A stretch of DNA of 64,000 nt from Bryobacterales bacterium (GCA_963835855.1 CAWIHA010000011.1:13608-77607); one strand, 5' to 3'. Positions 45,720 to 54,809 are shown, counted from the stretch's first letter. A program made the numbers and translations. Notes: a model not told the origin generated them from the sequence alone.

Positions 45720-48506
45720 ATGCCAACGGATCACAGCCGCGTGGAGTCGAGTTCAGTCACGCCGTCCAGCAAGCGCGACCTGCTCCGTCTCGAGTTAGAG
45801 AAATGGGATTGCGATTTTCGTTTCCTGCTGGGCTGTTTTGGGGGCGTGCTCGCCAGCATCGGTGAACCAGAACTCGCCCAGCTCGTCGAGGAAGCGTTTC
45901 GAACGCCCCCGGCGCCGGAAGAGCGGCTTCCACAGCGCGGCCCCCAAGCGCTCTCGGTCGCATTCCAGTTGTTGAACATGGCGGAAGAGAACACCGTAAA
46001 TCAGGTTCGCCGGATGCGCGAGGCGGTGCACGGTCCCGCCAGCGAGCCGGGAACCTGGCCATACCACTTCGAGCTGCTCCGCGAGGCGGGTTTCACGGAC
46101 TCCGACGTGCGGCGCGTGCTGCCGCGCATCCATGTTCAGCCGGTTCTCACGGCCCACCCGACCGAGGCCAAGCGCGCCTCCGTGCTCGACCGGCACCGCG
46201 AGCTGTATCTGATGCTCGTCGAGCGCGAAAACCCGAGAAAAAGCCCCATGGAGCAGGAATCATTACGGCAGCGCATCGAGGCTGGCCTCGAACGGCTCTG
46301 GCGGACGGGCGAGATCTTTCTCGAACGACCAGCCGTGGAATCAGAAGTGCGGAACACGCTGCACTATCTGAGCAACGTTTTCCCGAGCGCCATCCAGCTC
46401 CTTTCGGATCGCTTCCAGCAGTCCTGGCTGTGGGCATTCCCCGGCACGGAGCCGCCGCCCGAGCCCAGGCTGACGTTCGGAAGCTGGGTCGGTGGGGACC
46501 GCGACGGCCATCCCTTCGTCACCACGGACGTGACGCGCCGCTCGCTCGAGGCGTTACGGGCCAGCGCCTTGGCAGTGCTACGGCAGCACCTCGAAGCGCT
46601 GGCGGGACGGCTCAGCCTGTCGGAAACCCTGCAACCTCCTCCGGCGCGGATCATCGATCAGATTTCGCAATACTTGAGCGCGCTGAGCGAAGAAGGCCGA
46701 CGGGCGGTGGAACGGCATCCGGGCGAGCCGTGGCGCCAGATGGTCAACCTCATGCTTGCGCGCCTCCCGCAGGAAGCCGGGTCGGGCCCCGATTCGCGCT
46801 CTTACACCAGCGCCGAGGAACTCGAAGACGACTTGCGCCTGTTGGCATCGTCGCTCGATGAGGTGGGAGCGAGCCGGATCGCTCTAGCCGATGTTGCGCC
46901 CGTTCAACGGATCGCCTCGACGTGCGGGTTTCACATGGCGGCTCTGGATATCCGCCAGAACAGCGCATTCCATGACGCGGCCGTCGCGCAACTTCTGACG
47001 ATCGCGGGCCTGGATGGCGCAGACTACCCGGAGTGGTCGGAGAACCGCAAGCGGGAACTCCTCAACCGGGAGCTGGCATCTCCCCGGCCTTTTGCCACTG
47101 CGACGACCGTGCTTCCCCTGGAAGCGGACTCTTCCGTCGGAGTGCTCCGGTTGGTGCGCGAGTGGACCGAGCGGCATGGCCACCGCGGCATCGGCTCAGT
47201 CATCGTGAGCATGGCTCACGGTGCGTCGGACCTGCTAAACGTCTATTTGCTTGCGCGCGAGGCGGGCCTGGTGCGCAACACACCGAAGGGTCTGGTCTCG
47301 GAAATCGCCGTCACGCCGCTGTTCGAGACGATTGAGGATTTGGAGCGGAGCGGCCAGGTTCTTGCGGACTTCCTCGCACACCCGATGACGATGCGGACGT
47401 TGCGGCGCCTCCAGGAGCGCGACGGCCGTGCGCGTCCGCTGCAGGAGGTCATGCTCGGGTATAGCGACAGCAACAAGGACGGCGGCATCCTCGCGAGTCA
47501 CTGGTTCTTGCGGAAGGCGCAAATCCAGTTGGCTGAGGTGGCTCGTGAGGCCGGAGTCGAGCTGCGTTTCTTTCATGGTCGTGGCGGGACCATCGGCCGG
47601 GGCGCCGGGCCCACGCACGTCTTTCTTGAGTCAATTGCACGAGGCACGCTGGAAGGCGAAATGCGCGTGACCGAGCAGGGTGAGGTGGTGTCGCAGAAGT
47701 ACGCGAACCGGCTCACGGCCGCGCACCACCTCGAGCGCCTGCTGGCCGGCGTCACCCGCTGGACGCTGGTTCATGACCGCGAGCCCAAACGCGCGCCGCA
47801 CCCTGCCGAGGATCTGTTCGAGCACTTGGTGCAATCGAGCCTCGACGCCTATCACGACCTGATCGCGAGGGACGGTTTCGTCGAGTTCTTTTCCCAGGCC
47901 ACTCCGATCGACGCCATCGAGTCCAGCCATATCGGATCGCGCCCGCCGCGCCGCACCGGCCGGCGAGCCATCCAGGACCTGCGTGCGATCCCTTGGGTTT
48001 TCAGTTGGAGCCAGGCCCGGTTCAACCTGCCCGGCTGGTACGGTGTCGGCAGCGCGTTCCAACGCGTCCGCTCGACTGATCCAGTGGGGTGGCGATCGCT
48101 CAGCCGCGCGGCCAAAGATTGGCCGTTTCTCTCCTACCTTTTGCACAACGTCGAATTCAGTGTGGTTGCCGCTGACGCGGGGATCATGGCGGAGTACGCC
48201 CGCCTCGTAGAGGACGAAGTGGTCCGCGAGCGTATCCTCGGCCGGATCGTCGCGGAGCACCGGTTGACGCTGGAGGTGCTTTGCGCGCTCTTTGGCGGCA
48301 ACCTGGAGGAACGGCGGCCCCGGCTGATGAAAGCGGTTGCGATTCGCCGCGAGGCTCTGCTTCGCCTGCACCGCGAGCAGATCGCGCTCCTACGCGAATG
48401 GCGCGCCGCGCTCGCCCGTGGCGGCCCGGAGGAAGCCGATTACATCTTGCCGCGGCTGCTGGTGACCGTCAACGCGATCGCGGGCGGATTGAAAACGACC
48501 GGGTGA
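45720..48506 (+). CDS. ppc: Phosphoenolpyruvate carboxylase
   Basis: 928 aa. VLTAHPTEAKR, GYSDSNKDGG, FHGRGGTIGRGAGP and C-terminal NAIAGGLKTTG signatures. Confidence 0.96.
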   Translation: MPTDHSRVESSSVTPSSKRDLLRLELEKWDCDFRFLLGCFGGVLASIGEPELAQLVEEAFRTPPAPEERLPQRGPQALSVAFQLLNMAEENTVNQVRRMREAVHGPASEPGTWPYHFELLREAGFTDSDVRRVLPRIHVQPVLTAHPTEAKRASVLDRHRELYLMLVERENPRKSPMEQESLRQRIEAGLERLWRTGEIFLERPAVESEVRNTLHYLSNVFPSAIQLLSDRFQQSWLWAFPGTEPPPEPRLTFGSWVGGDRDGHPFVTTDVTRRSLEALRASALAVLRQHLEALAGRLSLSETLQPPPARIIDQISQYLSALSEEGRRAVERHPGEPWRQMVNLMLARLPQEAGSGPDSRSYTSAEELEDDLRLLASSLDEVGASRIALADVAPVQRIASTCGFHMAALDIRQNSAFHDAAVAQLLTIAGLDGADYPEWSENRKRELLNRELASPRPFATATTVLPLEADSSVGVLRLVREWTERHGHRGIGSVIVSMAHGASDLLNVYLLAREAGLVRNTPKGLVSEIAVTPLFETIEDLERSGQVLADFLAHPMTMRTLRRLQERDGRARPLQEVMLGYSDSNKDGGILASHWFLRKAQIQLAEVAREAGVELRFFHGRGGTIGRGAGPTHVFLESIARGTLEGEMRVTEQGEVVSQKYANRLTAAHHLERLLAGVTRWTLVHDREPKRAPHPAEDLFEHLVQSSLDAYHDLIARDGFVEFFSQATPIDAIESSHIGSRPPRRTGRRAIQDLRAIPWVFSWSQARFNLPGWYGVGSAFQRVRSTDPVGWRSLSRAAKDWPFLSYLLHNVEFSVVAADAGIMAEYARLVEDEVVRERILGRIVAEHRLTLEVLCALFGGNLEERRPRLMKAVAIRREALLRLHREQIALLREWRAALARGGPEEADYILPRLLVTVNAIAGGLKTTG

Positions 48507-48561
48507 GACGACGCGCCGCCAGGAGAGCACACCCGCGCGGGCTATACTAGGGTTCAGACAT

Positions 48562-49602
48562 ATGCCAGGAACCCGAAGGCGTGAGCGTCTACCCAAGGCC
48601 CACTCGGGTAAAGTCCGGCGAATAAATGCCGAAAGAACTACTGTGCGGGCGGTGGCCGACATCACCGGGCAGACGGGGTGTCTTGCCCTTGATTATGAGC
48701 ACTTCTCTGTAGGGCGCTCTCTCATCGTTCATGCTGATTGCTTCGAGTGGCTCAGCCGGGTTCCCGCCGGCAGCATTCATGCAGTGGTGACGGACCCGCC
48801 GTATGGGGTGAAGGAATACGACTTTGACCAGTTAGAGAAGCGTTCCAACGGCAATGGCGGTATCTGGCGCATTCCGCCATCGTTCGACGGCCATGAGCGC
48901 GCGCCGCTACCGCGGTTCACAGCCCTGAACGACAAGGAACGGGACCACCTGCGGCGCTTCTTTGTTGAATGGGCCAAGGTCGTGCTTCATGCACTCCGGC
49001 CCGGCGGCCATGTCTTTGTTGCCAGCAACGCCTTCCTTTCGCAACTGGTCTTCAGTGCCCTGATTGACGGCGGGTTGGAGTTCCGCAGTCAACTTGTCCG
49101 CATCGTCCGCACCTTGCGCGGCGGTGACCGGCCCAAGAATGCTGAAGAAGAGTTCCTCGGCGTCAGTTCTCTACCGCGCGGCTGCTATGAGCCTTGGGGC
49201 ATCTTCCGCAAGCCCATGCCCTCGGGTATGAAGGTTAGCGATTGCCTGCGCCGGTATCAGACGGGCGGGTTGTGCCGGACGGTGGATGATTCACCATTCG
49301 AGGATGTCATCTACAGCGAACGGACGCCACGCCGGGAGCGCGACATTGCCGACCATCCGAGTCTCAAGCCGCAATCGCTCCTGCGTCAGATTGTGCATGC
49401 CGCCTTGCCATTGGGGGAAGGGATCATTGTGGACCCGTTCAGCGGGTCCGGGTCTACCGTTGCCGCTGCCGAGGCGATGGGCTTGCTCTGCATCGGAGTC
49501 GAACGCCATCGAGACTATTTCGAGATGAGCCGGACAGCCGCGCCGCAACTTGCTGGCATAGAGACGCCAATGGCGATGGCCGGACAGATGACCTTGCTGT
49601 AG
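48562..49602 (+). CDS. Beta-class DNA methyltransferase (N4/N6 DNA methylase family, DPPY motif; probably m6A)
   Basis: Motif IV VVTDPPYG precedes motif I IVDPFSGSGSTVAAA. The true start may be a downstream GTG (~48643-48652). TATACT hexamer at 48543-48548. Confidence 0.85.
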   Translation: MPGTRRRERLPKAHSGKVRRINAERTTVRAVADITGQTGCLALDYEHFSVGRSLIVHADCFEWLSRVPAGSIHAVVTDPPYGVKEYDFDQLEKRSNGNGGIWRIPPSFDGHERAPLPRFTALNDKERDHLRRFFVEWAKVVLHALRPGGHVFVASNAFLSQLVFSALIDGGLEFRSQLVRIVRTLRGGDRPKNAEEEFLGVSSLPRGCYEPWGIFRKPMPSGMKVSDCLRRYQTGGLCRTVDDSPFEDVIYSERTPRRERDIADHPSLKPQSLLRQIVHAALPLGEGIIVDPFSGSGSTVAAAEAMGLLCIGVERHRDYFEMSRTAAPQLAGIETPMAMAGQMTLL

Positions 49603-49606
49603 AGGG

Positions 49607-50278
49607 TCACTCTTTCTCGGGAACCGGCGCACCCGAGCGCAGCGCAGCGTCCATGTAAATCCAGTTGGCCATCATCTTCCGAAGTCCGCTGTTGGTGATG
49701 CTGGCGGTGATTGTTCTCCGGCTTGTTTCGGAGCGCCCGGCAAACAGCCAATCTTCCTTCTTCAATTGCGCGCCAACGACCATTCGGAAGCTGAAGGGTT
49801 TCGGCCCAATGCCCTTGCCCACGTCCGAGGGCCGGTTGCTGTCGAACACAAAGACCATCAGCCAAGTGTCTTCCGGGTTGTGGCCCTGCCACACCTTCAG
49901 GTAGCGGCTGCCTTTGATCTCGATGCCCTCGGTGCCGTGCTGACACATGTCATTCTCAAAACGATTGACCGGAATCAGGTCCGGGTGTCCGTTGTGGTAG
50001 CGGTTCTTCACAAGGCCCTGGCAATGTTTGGGAATGGCGGAACTCATGAACTCGCCCACGATGCTGCTGAAGTTCGCAGGCATCAGCATCGACTCCAAGC
50101 GCGCAAGCTGGCGGGTGTTCATTTGCACGTCGATGAACCCGAGGAAGTCAATGAACTCCTGCATGGCAGATTGAATGTGCTTAATGGAGCAGCCGAACGG
50201 GATGACGGTCCTGGAATTGAAACCAGTCGGGTCCAAGGGAAGCGGAGTGCATGCGATCTTTTCGGCCATGGGAGGCAT
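49607..50278 (-). CDS. Putative type II restriction endonuclease (PD-(D/E)xK fold)
   Basis: GHPDLIP-x-GIEIKGS fits PD...ExK. Convergent with the methyltransferase, 4 nt apart. Visibly lower GC than the flanks. No specific REase family recognised. Alternative ATG at 50269. Confidence 0.6.
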   Translation of the reverse strand: MPPMAEKIACTPLPLDPTGFNSRTVIPFGCSIKHIQSAMQEFIDFLGFIDVQMNTRQLARLESMLMPANFSSIVGEFMSSAIPKHCQGLVKNRYHNGHPDLIPVNRFENDMCQHGTEGIEIKGSRYLKVWQGHNPEDTWLMVFVFDSNRPSDVGKGIGPKPFSFRMVVGAQLKKEDWLFAGRSETSRRTITASITNSGLRKMMANWIYMDAALRSGAPVPEKE

Positions 50279-50452
50279 ATGGACGATGGAGTGTCCATGA
50301 TGCCACAGCCCTGGGGCCGGATGTCAGCGCACCGCTCGCCCCTCAGCCCTGGACGGCCCTATTTTCCTTCAGGGAACCCTCGACAGGACCTGGATGGAAG
50401 CAGAACGGGCCACCCGGCTTTTTCAGAATTGCCCGCGTGTGCCTGATTTTAC

Positions 50453-50529
50453 TGGTGGGCGGTGCAAGGCTCGAACTTGCGACCTCCTGCTTGTAAGGCA
50501 GGCGCTCTGACCAGCTGAGCTAACCGCCC
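50453..50529 (-). tRNA. tRNA-Val (anticodon TAC), CCA encoded
   Basis: Hand-folded: acceptor GGGCGGT/ACCGCCC, D-arm GCTC AGCTGGTCA GAGC, anticodon loop CTTACAA, T-arm GCAAG TTCGAGC CTTGC. Confidence 0.92.
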
Positions 50530-50780
50530 GCACTCTCCTCTAATATACGCGATCCCGCCGCTGCGGTAGAACGCGAGGACGGTGCGCTACGCAGCTGTTT
50601 CGCGGGGTTCGCCGAAAACTTTTCGCGGGCGGCTGGGGATTTCGCCGACGGCCGCGTCAAGGATGTGGGGCATCAGGTTGCCGGCCGCGAGCGCAGTCTG
50701 CTCCAGACGATCCAGCCGCCCGGCGACGAGCGCCTGGTCGCGGGATGAGAGTCGCCCGGCTTGCCCGGGAGATCGGCCAT

Positions 50781-51047
50781 TTACTTCGGCACCTGGTGGG
50801 CGCGCCAGAAGGAATAGATCCCGAAACCGGCCATCAGCGCGATGAAGAGCCCGCTCAACAGGAGCCGGAAAAAGCTTTCGGGGCCGCCGTCGAACTCGCG
50901 CACGCTTCGCACCGTCCGCGGCAGCGCCCAAAAAGCAAGTACGAAAAAGAAGAATCCGATGACCTGGTTCCACAACACACGCAGGGGGCGGATGATGGCG
51001 GGCACCACGTGGCGGAAAAACTGAAAGCCGCGAGCGACGGAGAGCAT
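50781..51047 (-). CDS. Small two-TM membrane protein, hypothetical
   Basis: 88 aa with two clear hydrophobic helices (VIGFFFFVLAFWAL; LLLSGLFIALMAGFGIYSFW). The competing 186-aa ORF in another frame is Arg/Pro-rich over this stretch. Confidence 0.5.
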   Translation of the reverse strand: MLSVARGFQFFRHVVPAIIRPLRVLWNQVIGFFFFVLAFWALPRTVRSVREFDGGPESFFRLLLSGLFIALMAGFGIYSFWRAHQVPK

Positions 51048-51349
51048 ACTTCAGGGAATCCTTTATTAATGTTAGCAAGCGTGATGGAGCGACTGCCGTA
51101 TCACTCTTCGGCGGTGCGGTACCACCCACGGTCACGGCAGTACTCACGCTAAGGTATGGAACAAAGGTTACAGGACGACAACGATTCGGCCGATGTGTAA
51201 AGTAGGCTTGTAGAGGCGCTTAGCCTTCACTACAATCAAGGCGGGTAACGAAACGCCGGGCCCGAAAATATGCAACGCAGGGCTGAGAAGAGGCATCAAC
51301 TAGTTGAGGATGTTATTCTTGAGATGTTGCCCGGCAAAGGGGGCACGTT

Positions 51350-51676
51350 ATGGACGAGAAGCTGAAAGTCCTAATGCAGGAGCTCGGAAACGCGATCAAC
51401 GAATCGCTTTCTGATTCCGATCGGATTGCGGCAGCAATCGGTGACATCAGGCGAGCTGGCTATGACGTGTTTCTCGTTCTGGAAGCCACGATCGGATTCA
51501 ACAAACGGGAGGAGGCTGCTGTCAACGAGGATGGCACAGCCGACGCCGTGCCTGAAGAGCGGAAATCACGCGCTTCCGGCCGGGAGTTTGAATCCACGGC
51601 CAAGATCAAATGGACCTCGCAGGACCAGAAGTTTCTGCGGGCATTGAAGATCTCTGTCGATGAAGAAGGACGTTAA
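51350..51676 (+). CDS. Hypothetical protein
   Basis: 108 aa with protein-like composition (MDEKLKVLMQELGNAINESLSDSDRIAAAIGDIRRAGYDVFLVLEATIGF...). No family recognised. Confidence 0.55.
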   Translation: MDEKLKVLMQELGNAINESLSDSDRIAAAIGDIRRAGYDVFLVLEATIGFNKREEAAVNEDGTADAVPEERKSRASGREFESTAKIKWTSQDQKFLRALKISVDEEGR

Positions 51677-51822
51677 GGGCTTTCGAACAGCTCTTGGTGT
51701 GCTGTCCAGGTTCTAGAGAGCGCCGCTTTGGGGCCCAATTCGGCTGCGCGGCGTTTCATGGGTGAAGCCATTCCCTCCACAGCTTTTCTCGGGTGACGAA
51801 GTGTCTCAGCCCGGCGCCGGAT

Positions 51823-52809
51823 TCAGAGGTGGTACTGCTTGATTCTGCGGTAGAGGGTCGTCCGGCCAATACCGAGCATCTCGGCCGCCCGCGATCGATC
51901 ACCCTTCGTGAACGCCAGCATGTCGAGGATTGCTTCGCGCTCCAGTTCTTCGAGACGTATCGCCCCGAAGCGTGGCGCGCCGCCGTTGCCCGCACTCGCG
52001 GCTTGCGCCATGGCAAGGCCCATCACGCGGCCCGGCGGCCTCCGGTCAAGCGCACTGCCGCCGAGCGCCGATGGCAGGTCTGCGATCGTCAGGTACGGTC
52101 CCGAGTTGATCGCCGTCATCCGCTGAATGCAATTCTCAAGCTCCCGCACATTGCCGGGCCAGTCATAGGAGCACATGACCTCGAGCAGATCGGGCGTGAT
52201 GGTATGGTTGTTGCCATAGCGCGCCAGAAAGTGACCCGCCAGCTCCGGGATGTCTCCCTTGCGCTCGCGCACGGGAGGAATTCGGACCGTGATCACGTTC
52301 AAGCGGTAATAGAGGTCGCGGCGGAATGCGCCGCGCTCGACCTCACGCGCCAGCTCGCGGTTCGTAGCGGCAATGACCCGGAAGTTGGCCTTGCGCCGCG
52401 TCAACCCGCCGAGCGGCCGGGTCTCTTTCTCCTGAAGCACGCGCAGCAACTTTGCTTGCATTTCGATGGGGAACTCACCGATCTCGTCGAAGAACGCCGT
52501 GCCGCCCTCGGCCAGCTCGATCAGGCCGGCTTTGTTCGCCACCGCGCCGGTGAACGCGCCTTTTGTATGCCCGAAGAGTTCCGTCTCGAGCAGCGTGCCC
52601 AGCAACGAGCAATCGATCGGAACAAATGGGCCAGACGGGCTGACGGCATGGATCGCGCGCGCCACCACTTCCTTGCCCGTGCCCGTTTCGCCGAGCAGGA
52701 GAACCGGGGACTGGGAGCGCCCCAGCTTTCGGATGATTTGGCGGATCTGTTCGATTCGTGGCGAGTGGCCCACGAGCATGGGCCGAACTTCAAGAGGCTC
52801 TTGCGGCAA
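51823..52809 (-). CDS. Sigma-54-dependent transcriptional activator lacking an N-terminal regulatory domain (AAA+ and HTH_8 only, PspF-like architecture)
   Basis: The AAA+ core starts ~12 aa from the N-terminus (LVGHSPRIEQI). GETGTGKE, GAFTGA, WPGNVRELEN, C-terminal RAAEMLGIGRTTLYRRI. Confidence 0.9.
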   Translation of the reverse strand: MPQEPLEVRPMLVGHSPRIEQIRQIIRKLGRSQSPVLLLGETGTGKEVVARAIHAVSPSGPFVPIDCSLLGTLLETELFGHTKGAFTGAVANKAGLIELAEGGTAFFDEIGEFPIEMQAKLLRVLQEKETRPLGGLTRRKANFRVIAATNRELAREVERGAFRRDLYYRLNVITVRIPPVRERKGDIPELAGHFLARYGNNHTITPDLLEVMCSYDWPGNVRELENCIQRMTAINSGPYLTIADLPSALGGSALDRRPPGRVMGLAMAQAASAGNGGAPRFGAIRLEELEREAILDMLAFTKGDRSRAAEMLGIGRTTLYRRIKQYHL

Positions 52810-52824
52810 ACGGTGCTCCCAACT

Positions 52825-53478
52825 CTATAAGTTGCCCTCCGGCCCGTCTACTCTCACAACAAAAGCCGCCGCATCCTCCGATTTCACGCGCCCGGCTAGC
52901 GCCGTGGCTTCCTCGATCGTCGCCGCGCGCCCCACCAGCACGCGCCACAGCGGCGGGTTGCCGTCGCGCAGTACAAGTCTGGCAGTGCCGTAGCGGCGCT
53001 CCATCTCTTTTTTTCGGCTCTCCGCGTTGGCGCGATCGCGGAACGCTCCGGCCTGCACGGCGTAGTAGCCCGGCACGGTCACGCTGGGAAGCGACACGAC
53101 CCGCAGCCGCACCTTCGCCGTACCCGGTCCGAGCATGCCGATCTGCTGCGCCGCCGCGTGCGAGAGGTCGATGATCCTCCCCTCAACGAATGGTCCGCGG
53201 TCGTTGATGCGCACGTCCACCTCCCGGCCGTTCTCGAGATTCTGCACGCGCACCATCGTGCCAAACGGGAGTGTGCGGTGCGCCGCGGTGAGCGTCTCCA
53301 TATCGTAGATCTCGCCGCTCGCGGACGCGCGCCCGTGGTACGGGTGACCGTACCAACTCGCGATGCCGGTCTCTTCGTACACTGCGGGGGACACCGGCGG
53401 GACGGGCACGCGCTTCTTCTTCGCGCAGGAGGAGAGCAGCAGCACGATCGCCAGCGCAACCGCGATGGAGCGCGTCAT
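52825..53478 (-). CDS. rlpA: Septal ring lytic transglycosylase RlpA-family lipoprotein (DPBB + SPOR)
   Basis: Lipobox LLLSSC. GIASWYGHPYHGRASASGEIYD...VRINDRGPF DPBB domain. C-terminal SPOR (YYAVQAGAFRDRANAE...). Confidence 0.9.
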   Translation of the reverse strand: MTRSIAVALAIVLLLSSCAKKKRVPVPPVSPAVYEETGIASWYGHPYHGRASASGEIYDMETLTAAHRTLPFGTMVRVQNLENGREVDVRINDRGPFVEGRIIDLSHAAAQQIGMLGPGTAKVRLRVVSLPSVTVPGYYAVQAGAFRDRANAESRKKEMERRYGTARLVLRDGNPPLWRVLVGRAATIEEATALAGRVKSEDAAAFVVRVDGPEGNL

Positions 53479-53580
53479 TCTCCCGATGCTAACACGGAAA
53501 CAAATCTCGCTCTCCGCGTTTTTGTCCGTTCGAGGGCCTTGCCGCACCCCGGGTCCCGGAGCTCGACATGCATTTTTTTC

Positions 53581-53609
53581 TTGACTTTCTGCGCGAACAA
53601 TCTTATATA
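53581..53609 (+). promoter_or_regulatory. Near-consensus sigma-70 promoter TTGACT-17 nt-TATATA preceded by a T-run
   Basis: Hexamers and the 17-nt spacer counted directly. Upstream is CATTTTTTTC. Located ~60 nt upstream of the mini-ORF ATG. Confidence 0.55.
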
Positions 53610-53669
53610 TGAATCACACTGCGATCTTTTTCGAGGGTCGCAAATTTGATGTTAAGGGAGAATCAGTCG

Positions 53670-53732
53670 ATGAAGAACGCAACCAAGAAGGCTGCAAAGA
53701 AGAAGGCCGCTCCGAAAAAGAAAGGGAAGTAG
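53670..53732 (+). CDS. 20-aa lysine-rich mini-protein (MKNATKKAAKKKAAPKKKGK), not in the ORF track
   Basis: ATG 8 nt after AAGGGAG. Flanked by a strong promoter upstream and an intrinsic terminator downstream. Confidence 0.45.
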   Translation: MKNATKKAAKKKAAPKKKGK

Positions 53733-53768
53733 CCGCTTCCGACAGGCAGCTTCACTACGGTTTCCATA

Positions 53769-53799
53769 GGGGCCCCGAGTTCCTCGGGGCCTTTTCTTT
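53769..53799 (+). terminator. Rho-independent terminator
   Basis: GGCCCCGAG-TTC-CTCGGGGCC stem-loop followed by TTTTCTTT. Confidence 0.65.
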
Positions 53800-53825
53800 G
53801 TGACTCGAAGCTCCCGAAGGCGCGA

Positions 53826-54809
53826 TCAGCGCCTCTCTTCTTCCTTCCCTCTCCGCAGCAGTAGCGTGCGAAACGTTTCTCCCATGCCGAACAGCAGCGT
53901 CTTGAGCTGCAATCGCCGGTGCGCCTCCTCCGCGGCGTTCGTGGCTGAGAGCGCGGCGGCGAATCCATCGGGCTCCCCGGCGTCGGCGAGAGTGCGGGCG
54001 AAGCTTTCGAAAAGCACGGTTTCGAATCCCCGGCGCGCGCCATGCTGCTCCAATGCACTGAAGCAGACGTGAGCGGTGATGTCGCGCTCACCCGGAGCGG
54101 CAAGGACATCCTCAAGCGCCGCATGGCGGTGGTAGCTCATAAGCGTGCCTTCGGGGAAGCGCGCCGATTCGCGTGTCGTATAGCCGTAGTCGATCGTGAA
54201 CACGAATCCGCGCGTGATCCGTGCCGCGATCCGATTGAGCCACCGCAGCGCCTCGAGGTTCACTTCCACGTGATCGCCTTCCTCGAGCGGCGCCAGGTAC
54301 TCACGGATGTACGCCTCGATCTCCGCATCGGCGGCGTCTCCTTCCAGCCACTGGAACCGCTCGCCGTGCCACCCGACGAGCATCTGGCGGTAACCCTTTC
54401 CCCGCCGCACCGCGGCCTCGACCGGGAGCGCATCGAAGAACTCGTTCGCGAAAACCAAGCCTGTGAAATTTTCCGGCAACGCGCCTCGGCCGCTATCGAT
54501 TGGCACATAACGGTAATGCGAGAAGGCCTGCGCCATCTCCGCACGGCCTGCGCCGAGTTCGACGACCGTGAACTCCTCTGGCTCGCCCATCTCCTCGAAG
54601 AGGCGGCGAACACGCGCGGCGATCAGGCGGCCGAACACCGGCTGAAGTTGCTCGGCTGTGTAAAAATCTCCAGCCTTGCCGAAGGGGTCGCGCGTTCGGC
54701 GATAGTAGCCGTATTCGGGATGGTAGAGCGCAAGCTCCATGTAGCGGCGGAATGGGATCGGCCCCGAGCGCAGGATCTCATCGCGAATCAGTTCGGCGAG
54801 CGGAGTCAT
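53826..54809 (-). CDS. MidA/NDUFAF7-family SAM-dependent methyltransferase (DUF185)
   Basis: GPIPFRRYMELALYHPEYGYY, GDFYTAEQL, VVELGAGRA, ANEFFDALP motifs. Confidence 0.88.
   Translation of the reverse strand: MTPLAELIRDEILRSGPIPFRRYMELALYHPEYGYYRRTRDPFGKAGDFYTAEQLQPVFGRLIAARVRRLFEEMGEPEEFTVVELGAGRAEMAQAFSHYRYVPIDSGRGALPENFTGLVFANEFFDALPVEAAVRRGKGYRQMLVGWHGERFQWLEGDAADAEIEAYIREYLAPLEEGDHVEVNLEALRWLNRIAARITRGFVFTIDYGYTTRESARFPEGTLMSYHRHAALEDVLAAPGERDITAHVCFSALEQHGARRGFETVLFESFARTLADAGEPDGFAAALSATNAAEEAHRRLQLKTLLFGMGETFRTLLLRRGKEEERR

Noticed and set aside
48507-48570. Searched the ppc-proximal edge of the R-M cassette for a direct repeat of the tRNA-Val 3' end (an att site).
   Set aside because: No match of about 10 nt or more to TGGTGGGCGGTGCAAGGCTCGAAC was seen, so integrase-mediated insertion cannot be claimed.
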